The position numbers and the translations under genes were made by a program. From positions 1,296-65,295 of the forward strand of contig JAZODU010000007.1 in NCBI GenBank assembly GCA_045597145.1: a stretch of 64,000 nt of DNA, written 5' to 3'. A model generated the notes under the pieces. The model was given only the letters and a program-made list of their open reading frames with translations. It did not search any database and had not been told where the DNA came from. This document shows, piece by piece, positions 57,468 to 64,000 of the stretch (positions are counted from its first letter, which is position 1; each line of letters begins with the position of its first letter). This DNA is from Eubacteriales bacterium. GTDB lineage: Bacteria; Bacillota; Clostridia; Oscillospirales; CAG-272.

Positions 57468-57499
57468 GTATTTGTGCTCTATTAACAGAGCACAAATAC
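57468..57499. promoter_or_regulatory. perfect 13-bp inverted repeat (candidate XRE operator or 5'UTR hairpin)
   Basis: GTATTTGTGCTCT-ATTAAC-AGAGCACAAATAC starts immediately after the plus-strand -10 and ends 20 nt before ATG 57520. Confidence 0.55.
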
Positions 57500-57519
57500 A
57501 TTTTCAAAGGAGAACATTT

Positions 57520-58143
57520 ATGAACAATCAATCCACCCCTACAAAGCAGAATACGACCAAATATCTGATCTATGCAGCGATGATCCTCATTCTGCTGAAT
57601 CTTATTTTGATCTTCCTGCCCGCATTTGAAGATTACGGACCCTCTCACAAAAAAACAGATATTTTTGGGAATGTCACCTATATCGGTTGGAAAAAGGCAA
57701 CCTATTCTATGATACAAGTACAGGCTTTCTTTCTGGTTGTTGAAATTCCCTATCTCCTCACCCTCATCAACTTCATTCTCAGTTATCTCACCAAAAAAGA
57801 TTACAGTAGCTTTATGAAAGTATTAAACAGCACAGCCAAGAAGCCCTTTAAATTTTGGTGGCTAAAAGCATCCGCCATTCTCAATATTGTCGTAATGGTG
57901 CTTATCTATGACGCGAACAATGATTGGCCCTATGAGGTTGAAAAAGCGGGGGCTTACTTTCGCTTTACCTTTTGGGGGATTTTGCAGATTCTGTTCTCTG
58001 TCGCTCTGGTTGCGATTTTGTTTTACCTTTCCAAGACATCAAAAGAACACTTTAAGTTCGTACAAATTCCTATCGAGGAAGTAGCTTCCCCCATTGAAGC
58101 ATCCGCTTCAGAATCCGAAAACAATGAGGAGAACAACGCATGA
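57520..58143 (+). CDS. hypothetical polytopic membrane protein
   Basis: An AAAGGAG SD precedes it. It has about 5 TM segments and an acidic tail. I recognise no family. Confidence 0.6.
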   Translation: MNNQSTPTKQNTTKYLIYAAMILILLNLILIFLPAFEDYGPSHKKTDIFGNVTYIGWKKATYSMIQVQAFFLVVEIPYLLTLINFILSYLTKKDYSSFMKVLNSTAKKPFKFWWLKASAILNIVVMVLIYDANNDWPYEVEKAGAYFRFTFWGILQILFSVALVAILFYLSKTSKEHFKFVQIPIEEVASPIEASASESENNEENNA

Positions 58144-58610
58144 AAGCAATCAAAACACTCGCGCTTCTCCTATGCGCTCTCATCATTCTCACCGCCCTCA
58201 CTGCGTGTGACATAAACCGTTTTGAAAAGCCCAAAACGGATGAAGAGTTGATCGAGGAACGTATTGATATGTTCCTGACCGCATATAACAGCGGTGACAT
58301 GGAAACGGTTCTTTCTTGTCTGGACGCAAAAACACGCAACGCCTTTGAAGTGATGTTTAAGCTGATGGGCGGTCTCGCGGGAAGCTATACGGGGATCGAC
58401 ATCGACATTTCGGATCTTTTCAGCCTTGGCATTTATTCCGTCGAAGACGATTTTATGGAGTTGAATATATCCGAAATCAACATTGAAAGTGATAAAAAAG
58501 CAACCGTCACCGCCACAATGGATATGCCAAACAGCAAAAATATACCGATTTATATTTACATGGTCTACGAAAACGAGGGCTGGTATATCCGCGACATGCG
58601 CGATTATTAA
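58140..58610 (+). CDS. lipoprotein with NTF2/SnoaL-like (DUF4878-like) domain
   Basis: Lipobox LTAC. IDMFLTAYNSGDMETVLSCLD is typical of NTF2-like lipoproteins. ATGA overlap with the preceding gene. Confidence 0.6.
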   Translation: MKAIKTLALLLCALIILTALTACDINRFEKPKTDEELIEERIDMFLTAYNSGDMETVLSCLDAKTRNAFEVMFKLMGGLAGSYTGIDIDISDLFSLGIYSVEDDFMELNISEINIESDKKATVTATMDMPNSKNIPIYIYMVYENEGWYIRDMRDY

Positions 58611-58614
58611 AAAA

Positions 58615-58649
58615 GAAAGCCTGCCAACACTTTGTATTGGCAGGCTTTC
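58615..58649. terminator. bidirectional intrinsic terminator
   Basis: GAAAGCCTGCCAA-9 nt-TTGGCAGGCTTTC with A-run and T-run flanks. Confidence 0.85.
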
Positions 58650-58651
58650 TT

Positions 58652-60643
58652 TCATCTTCCCTTCGACAGGCACACACCCGTGCGTGCGGGAAGGGTCATT
58701 TTGATTTTATAGTGTCCGTCGGGGTGCAAGCTTGCGCGCATGGCGTTGCCGACAGGAACGCGGTCGTAGCCGCCAAAGCGGCTCTCGTCGGTGCTGAAGC
58801 ACACGCGATAGTACCCCGCGGCGGGAACCGTTACCCAGTAGTCGCGCTTTTCCTCCGTCGGGTGAAAGTTCATCACGCAAACAAGCCCCGCGCGCTCATA
58901 AGTCAGCACCTTGCCCCAATCGTCGATATAGAGGCATTTGGGCGGCTTTGCAAAGAGCTTTTTCTTCTGGGCGAGCGCAACCATCGCGCCGTCAAAGGCT
59001 TGCAGATAGCCGTATTTGAGGTTGTCGTCGTCCGCCAGATGCCACTGTCTGCGACAGTAGAAATAGCTCCAGCCGTTCCCCTCGCGCGGAAAATCGATCC
59101 ACTCGGGGTGCCCGAACTCGTTACCCATGAAGTTGAGATACCCCTCGCCCCCTGCCGTCAGGGTGACCAAGCGGATCATCTTGTGCAGCGCCATGCCGCG
59201 CTCGACCGTGGGATCCTGCGACCACTTCGCCATATCCGTATACATTTTGCTGTCGCACAGGCGGAACATAAGGGTCTTGTCCCCCACCAGTGCCTGATCG
59301 TGCGACTCGGCGTAGCCGATATATTTCTCCATCGGTCTGCGGCTCGTCAGCTCGTTCCAGACACGCCACATATCCCAAGTCTCATCGGGGCATTCCTTGA
59401 GCAGCTTGATCCACAGATCGGGCAATCCCATGGCAAGGCGGTAGTCAAAGCCAATGCCGCCTGCGCGGATCGGCAGGCACATACCGGGCATTGCCGACAT
59501 ATCCTCGGCAACGGTAATGGCGCGGGGATTGACCTCGCGGATAAGTTCGTTCGCCAATTGCAGATAGGTGAGTGCCTCTGTATCGGTATTGAGCGAAAAA
59601 TATTTGCCGTAATCGGTAAACGCCTCGCCAAGACCGTGGTTGTGATAGATCATCGAGGTCACGCCGTCAAAGCGGAAGCCGTCGAAATGATACTCTGTGA
59701 GCCAGAATTTCAGATTGGACAGCAGAAAATGAATGACCTCGTTTTTGTTGTAGTTGAAGAGCTTTGTGCCCCACGCGGGGTGATCGCCGCGCGCGCCCTC
59801 GTGGAAGAACTGATAGGTCGTGCCGTCGAACTCGTTGATCCCCTCGGCGGTGTTTTTGACCGCGTGCGAATGAACGACGTCGAGCAGCACCGCGATCCCC
59901 ATGCCGTGCGCGGTGTCGATCAGCTCCTTGAGCTCATTCGGCGTACCGTAGCGCGAGCACGCGGCAAAGAAGGAGGACACCTGATAGCCGAACGAGCCGT
60001 AATAGGGGTGCTCCATGATCGCCATGATCTGAACGGTGTTATATCCCAGTGCCTTGATACGCGGCAGGACGTTGCCGCAAAACTCGCGGTAGGTACCGAT
60101 CCCTTCCTTGTCCTGCGCCATACCGATATGGCATTCGTAGATGAAAAGATTCTTCTTTTCGGGAACGAACGCCGTGTTTTTCCATTCGTACGGTGCCTCG
60201 TCCACGATCACGCCGCACCACACATAGGTCGTGGGATCCTGCTCGACGCGGCGGATATAGAGTGGCACACGCTCAAGCAGCTCCCCACCGTACCGCACGA
60301 TCGTTTTGACGTGACAGCCGTGACCGAGCGCGTCGTGCCCCTCCAGATAAAGCTCCCAAACGCCGTTTCCGAGCGGCTTCAGCGGCAGATCCAGCCATCG
60401 CCACTCCACCATGTCTCCTGTCAGATAAACTGCCTCGGCGGCGGGTGCCCATTCACGGTAGACCCAGCCGTCGGCGGTGCGGTGAAAGCCGAAATATTCG
60501 TGCCCGTTGGCAAAATCGCACAGCTTGCCCGTCTTGCGACCGACCAGCTCTCGCTTTTTGTTGGTATAATTGATCATGCGCTGCTCGATATCGCGCGCAA
60601 AAGGCAGCAAATACGGGTCATATTCAAAAATTTTATATCCCAT
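58652..60643 (-). CDS. glgB: 1,4-alpha-glucan branching enzyme
   Basis: GH13 blocks VLLDVVHSH, GFRFDGVTSM, EDMSAMPG and YAESHDQ. 663 aa. Confidence 0.93.
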   Translation of the reverse strand: MGYKIFEYDPYLLPFARDIEQRMINYTNKKRELVGRKTGKLCDFANGHEYFGFHRTADGWVYREWAPAAEAVYLTGDMVEWRWLDLPLKPLGNGVWELYLEGHDALGHGCHVKTIVRYGGELLERVPLYIRRVEQDPTTYVWCGVIVDEAPYEWKNTAFVPEKKNLFIYECHIGMAQDKEGIGTYREFCGNVLPRIKALGYNTVQIMAIMEHPYYGSFGYQVSSFFAACSRYGTPNELKELIDTAHGMGIAVLLDVVHSHAVKNTAEGINEFDGTTYQFFHEGARGDHPAWGTKLFNYNKNEVIHFLLSNLKFWLTEYHFDGFRFDGVTSMIYHNHGLGEAFTDYGKYFSLNTDTEALTYLQLANELIREVNPRAITVAEDMSAMPGMCLPIRAGGIGFDYRLAMGLPDLWIKLLKECPDETWDMWRVWNELTSRRPMEKYIGYAESHDQALVGDKTLMFRLCDSKMYTDMAKWSQDPTVERGMALHKMIRLVTLTAGGEGYLNFMGNEFGHPEWIDFPREGNGWSYFYCRRQWHLADDDNLKYGYLQAFDGAMVALAQKKKLFAKPPKCLYIDDWGKVLTYERAGLVCVMNFHPTEEKRDYWVTVPAAGYYRVCFSTDESRFGGYDRVPVGNAMRASLHPDGHYKIKMTLPARTGVCLSKGR

Positions 60644-60659
60644 ACAATGCTCCTTATTT

Positions 60660-61262
60660 TTATTTTGGCATTAAATTGATCCTTAGATCATACGCCTTGA
60701 GCAGATACCGCGCCATCTTCGCCTTGCAAGCGTTCATGATGACCTCCTCGGAGGAATCGTCGAGATCCATCTCCTCCGCGCGGAAACATACGGTTTCACG
60801 GATCCCGAAAAACGAATACGCCAGAGTCTTGATATAGTTATATCCGAAATCGAAATCCACCATACCACCCGCAGTCGTAATATAAACCAGGCACTTGGCG
60901 CGACAAAGCCCGCTCGGCACGCCGCGGTTATATCGGTATGTAACGCCGCGAACGCTCACGGCTTCAAGGTAGACCTTCAGAATTGCGGGAAACGAAAGAT
61001 CCCAATAAGGTGCCGCGATCACGATCGTATCCGCCAACGCAAATTCCTTGGCATATCGCAGCATGGGATCGTCGTACGCTTTCTTTTTCAAAAGCCTTTC
61101 ACGCTCTGCCAACGATGCTTTCGTCAGCGCGGGAATGTGTTCCTCGTTCAAATTGACCTCAACAAGCTCCCCACTCAACATCCCCAGAAAATGCTGTGCC
61201 AGCACTTTGGTTCTCGAATTTTCACGCACGCATGCGTTTACAAACAGTATCTTGTGCGGCAT
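60660..61262 (-). CDS. flavodoxin-like fold NAD(P)H-dependent oxidoreductase
   Basis: MPHKILFVNACVRENSRTKVLA...IVIAAPYWDLSFPA. ATG 61262 follows GGAGGA. Confidence 0.8.
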   Translation of the reverse strand: MPHKILFVNACVRENSRTKVLAQHFLGMLSGELVEVNLNEEHIPALTKASLAERERLLKKKAYDDPMLRYAKEFALADTIVIAAPYWDLSFPAILKVYLEAVSVRGVTYRYNRGVPSGLCRAKCLVYITTAGGMVDFDFGYNYIKTLAYSFFGIRETVCFRAEEMDLDDSSEEVIMNACKAKMARYLLKAYDLRINLMPK

Positions 61263-61429
61263 TTCCCGTCCTCCAAGCATTGTAAAATAATACAAATTCA
61301 TTATATCACAAATGTCAGCCTTTTGCAAGGGTGGTTTTGCTTTTTTTGCAAGATTATTTCGACACAGCCCTTGTATTTCTCTTGAAGCGATATTATAATG
61401 AAAGCAACAAACGCAAGGAGGAGTCGGAA

Positions 61430-61589
61430 ATGAGACTTACATTCAATCAACTCAAGGACGTTACAATCGGTGATCGACAGCTTTACTCTGATTCCCGCAA
61501 ATACAGATTTTATGGCAGACGTCCTTCACCCCAACGATCTCGGCTTTTACGTCTACGCGCACAATCTGATTAAATATTTGAATTTTTAA
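61430..61589 (+). pseudogene. remnant of an SGNH/GDSL hydrolase gene (N-terminal about 20 codons fused out of frame to the last about 30 codons)
   Basis: An AGGAGG SD precedes ATG 61430 (MRLTFNQLKDVTIG...). In another frame the 3' part reads FMADVLHPNDLGFYVYAHNLIKYLNF-stop, which is SGNH block V (DxxH). A terminator follows. Confidence 0.55.
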
Positions 61590-61599
61590 GCACAAAAAA

Positions 61600-61629
61600 C
61601 CGCTTGCGGCTTGCCGCAAGCGGTTTTTT
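61600..61629. terminator. bidirectional intrinsic terminator
   Basis: CCGCTTGCGG-CTTG-CCGCAAGCGG flanked by AAAAAA and TTTTTT. Confidence 0.9.
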
Positions 61630-61635
61630 ATTGAA

Positions 61636-62163
61636 TTAGTGAAGAATGCAACGCTCGGTATCCTTATCGAAGATGTGAAGTCTCTCCATATCAAAGGCGA
61701 TCTTGATGTTGTCGCCTGCGCGGGTGGTAGAGCGGGAAGAAACGCGCGCGGTCAGCTTGCCCTCTTCTCCGACCTTGAGGTACAGATAGATCTCGGCACC
61801 CATAAGCTCGGTAACGTCAACGTCAACGTCAAGGGTTGCGCCCTCGCTTCTTGCGATGCTTGCTTCGTCATCGTGGATACACTCGGGACGCAGACCGCAA
61901 ACGACTTCCTTGCCGATGTACTCCTGCAGCTCCTCTGCCTCTGCCTTATCCTTGGGCAGGAGCAGCTCGTTGCCCTCATATACGAAGTATACGTTGTCGT
62001 CATCCTTCTTCTTCACAAGCGTACCGTTCATGAAGTTCATCTGAGGCGTTCCGATAAAGCCTGCAACGAAGATGTTTACGGGCTTGTCGTACAGATTCTG
62101 CGGCGTTTCGACCTGCTGGATCAGACCGTCCTTCATAACGACGATACGGGTTGCCATGGTCAT
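61636..62163 (-). CDS. C-terminal part of the msmK/ugpC/malK-type ABC ATPase (end of NBD duplicate plus regulatory TOBE-like domain), in frame behind a TAG
   Basis: [44 protein letters not shown]... followed by the MalK-type C-terminal domain. It is in the same frame as the upstream ORF and is separated from it by TAG-GTC-GAG-GCT. Confidence 0.6.
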   Translation of the reverse strand: MTMATRIVVMKDGLIQQVETPQNLYDKPVNIFVAGFIGTPQMNFMNGTLVKKKDDDNVYFVYEGNELLLPKDKAEAEELQEYIGKEVVCGLRPECIHDDEASIARSEGATLDVDVDVTELMGAEIYLYLKVGEEGKLTARVSSRSTTRAGDNIKIAFDMERLHIFDKDTERCILH

Positions 62164-62391
62164 AGCCTCGACCTAGTCGTGCGTGACGTAGATGAAGTAT
62201 ACGTCCTCGCCGCGCTTCTCGAGCTTACCGTTGAGGAAGTTCATCTGAGGCGTTCCGATAAAGCCTGCAACGAAGATATTGACGGGCTTCTCGTACAGGG
62301 TCTGAGGATTGTCAACCTGCTGGATCAGACCGTCCTTCATAACGACGATTCTGGTTGCCATGGTCATTGCCTCGACCTGGTCGTGGGTAAC
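61978..62391 (-). repeat. diverged in-frame tandem duplication (about 204 nt plus about 210 nt) inside the ABC ATPase gene
   Basis: Copy 1 (62188-62391): [68 protein letters not shown]. Copy 2 (61978-62187): [69 protein letters not shown]. The nucleotide copies differ at scattered positions. Confidence 0.85.
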
Positions 62392-62961
62392 GTATACGAA
62401 CGTGGTCTCAACGCGGTTGTGGAGCTTGGTCAGCTCGGTTCTCATCGCAGCACGAAGCTTTGCATCGAGGTTGGAAAGCGGCTCGTCAAGCAAGAAGACC
62501 TGGGGATCACGCACGATTGCACGTCCGAGTGCAACACGCTGCTTCTGACCACCCGACAGAGCCTTCGGCTTACGGTCGAGCAGGTGGGTGATATCGAGGA
62601 TGCGCGCTGCGTCCTCAACCTTCTTCTTGATGGTTTCCTTCGGAACCTTGCTCAGCTTCAGACCGAATGCCATGTTCTCAAACACGGACATGTGGGGGTA
62701 CAGAGCGTAGTTCTGGAACACCATCGCGATCTTACGGTCCTTCGGAGCCACGTCGTTGACCAGACGGTCGCCGATGAACAGCTCACCCTCGGAAATTTCC
62801 TCCAGACCTGCGATCATACGCAGAGTGGTGGACTTACCGCAACCGGAAGGTCCGACCAATACCAGAAATTCCTTGTCCTTGACTTCAAGGTTGAAGTCGG
62901 AAACGGCGGTAACACCGCCGGGATACTTCTTGTAAATGTGTCTCAAGGATAAACTTGCCAT
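62173..62961 (-). CDS. sugar ABC transporter ATP-binding protein (MsmK/UgpC/MalK type), truncated by in-frame TAG
   Basis: Walker [11 protein letters not shown]-loop, LSGGQKQR, Walker B FLLDEPLS and H-loop VTHDQ. ATG 62961 follows GGAGGA. It ends ...[14 protein letters not shown]. Confidence 0.85.
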   Translation of the reverse strand: MASLSLRHIYKKYPGGVTAVSDFNLEVKDKEFLVLVGPSGCGKSTTLRMIAGLEEISEGELFIGDRLVNDVAPKDRKIAMVFQNYALYPHMSVFENMAFGLKLSKVPKETIKKKVEDAARILDITHLLDRKPKALSGGQKQRVALGRAIVRDPQVFLLDEPLSNLDAKLRAAMRTELTKLHNRVETTFVYVTHDQVEAMTMATRIVVMKDGLIQQVDNPQTLYEKPVNIFVAGFIGTPQMNFLNGKLEKRGEDVYFIYVTHD

Positions 62962-63160
62962 TTTGAAATCCTCCTGTGACGTCACGATTGGCTCGTGACA
63001 ATATTTTTCAACGTATATTATTGTACCAAATTTTTCGCAAAAAAGGAAGAGTTTATTTCCCCAAAATTGCAGGACTTTTATTGTGCATCTTGCACAATCT
63101 CTTTCTCTTCTTCGAGAACTGTCGCCCGAAAACGTCGGTTTTATTTTTAATTTATTAAAA

Positions 63161-64000
63161 TCAAGCCTTGGAACGCGATTTCATGGTGAGCGAAATGCGC
63201 TTTTTGGGAACGTCCACGCTGAGGACGCGCACCTTGACGATGTCGCCGACCTTGACGACCTCCGAGGGATGCTTGACGAAGCGATCCGAGAGCTGGGAGA
63301 TATGCACGAGCCCATCCTGATGCACGCCGATGTCCACGAACGCACCGAAGTCGATGACGTTGCGGACGGTTCCCGTCAGCTCCATATCGCGCTTGAGCTC
63401 CTCCAAGGAGAGAATATCGTCGCGCAATACGGGGGGCGGCAGGCTGTCGCGCACGTCACGTCCGGGCTTTTCCAGCTCGGAGAGAATGTCCTTGAGCGTC
63501 GGTACGCCGATGCCGAGCTGCTCGGCGATCTTGGCGGTCCCCGCCTTCTGTACCTTCGCGCTCAGCTCCTTGAGGTTGCCCTCCTTCACGTCCGCCTTGG
63601 TGTAGTCAAACATAGCGAGCAGCTCTGCCGCCGCCTTGTAGGACTCGGGATGCACGCCCGTGTTGTCAAAGATCTCTTTCCCGCCCGGCACGCGCAAAAA
63701 TCCCGCTGCCTGCTCAAACGCCTTCGCACCGATGCGCGGAACCTTGAGCAGCTGTGCGCGAGATGCGAACTCGCCGTTCTCCTCGCGGTACTTGACGATG
63801 TTCTTCGCCGACGCGATATTGATGCCCGAAATATAGGAAAGGAGCGAATAGGACGCGGTGTTGATGTCCACGCCGACCGCGTTCACGCAGTCCTCCACGA
63901 CACCGCCGAGTGCCTCGTCGAGTCTTGCCTGCTTCATGTCGTGCTGATACTGTCCCACGCCGATGCCCTTGGGATCGATCTTAATCAGCTCCGCCAAGGG
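63161..64000 (-). CDS. tex: Tex-like RNA-binding transcriptional accessory protein, C-terminal part (5' end beyond window)
   Basis: Two HhH regions and a C-terminal S1 domain ([28 protein letters not shown]...[12 protein letters not shown]). Confidence 0.85.
   Translation of the reverse strand, partial: PLAELIKIDPKGIGVGQYQHDMKQARLDEALGGVVEDCVNAVGVDINTASYSLLSYISGINIASAKNIVKYREENGEFASRAQLLKVPRIGAKAFEQAAGFLRVPGGKEIFDNTGVHPESYKAAAELLAMFDYTKADVKEGNLKELSAKVQKAGTAKIAEQLGIGVPTLKDILSELEKPGRDVRDSLPPPVLRDDILSLEELKRDMELTGTVRNVIDFGAFVDIGVHQDGLVHISQLSDRFVKHPSEVVKVGDIVKVRVLSVDVPKKRISLTMKSRSKA

Noticed and set aside
56512-58650. A classical tRNA-inserted genomic island or prophage remnant.
   Set aside because: I could find no integrase or recombinase and no direct repeat of the tRNA 3' end at the far border. 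It is reported only as a compositional islet.
62173-62175. In-frame TAG in the ABC ATPase as programmed recoding (pyrrolysine, or TAG read as Gln as in some recoded phages).
   Set aside because: Nothing in the window supports an alternative code. No pyl genes or suppressor tRNA are present here, and the only tRNA is an ordinary tRNA-Val. A simple CAG to TAG point mutation in a duplicated segment is the more parsimonious explanation. It is kept only as a remote alternative in the finding.

Overview
This is a chromosomal window from a high-GC, endospore-forming Firmicute that looks Clostridia-like. The supporting gene sets are Gram-positive polC, CIRCE-hrcA-grpE-dnaK-dnaJ-prmA, pyrH-frr-uppS-cdsA-dxr-rseP-ispG-polC, a Phe T-box ahead of pheST, gpr-spoIIP and spoIVA. 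I count about 60 protein genes, one tRNA-Val(GAC), many clean intrinsic terminators and several near-consensus SigA-type promoters, often with an extended -10 (TGnTATAAT).

The window is overwhelmingly core or housekeeping. I see no CRISPR array, transposase, integrase or recognisable multi-gene defence system.

What ordinary annotation does not explain is small-scale:
1. An AT-rich islet (about 18.1-19.15 kb). A consensus promoter fires directly into a 157-nt near-perfect long hairpin, followed by a UUCG-capped terminator and an orphan Zn-ribbon membrane gene. This is my best candidate for an undescribed leader RNA, sRNA or MITE-like element.
2. A roughly 200-nt enolase leader with two terminator-like hairpins and no upstream gene for them to terminate.
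3. An msmK/ugpC-type ABC ATPase with a diverged in-frame tandem duplication of about 68 codons. A CAG to TAG change sits exactly at the H-loop Gln of the second copy.
4. An ACP-MBOAT-SGNH-lipoprotein cassette with no carrier-protein ligase.
5. A translationally coupled small ORF, Asp/Glu-family racemase and MurE operon, where MurE has DNPG instead of DNPR.
6. An XRE/S24 autocleavable-type repressor plus RadC/JAB pair. Its divergent consensus promoter reads antisense into spoIIP.
7. A perfect 12-bp inverted repeat that pairs with the spoIVA Shine-Dalgarno sequence.
8. A second AT-rich islet beside the tRNA, with a compact XRE switch.

All functional calls come from motif recognition by eye and were not checked against any database. 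CDS coordinates are anchored on the supplied ORF track. Coordinates of non-coding elements may be off by 1-2 nt.
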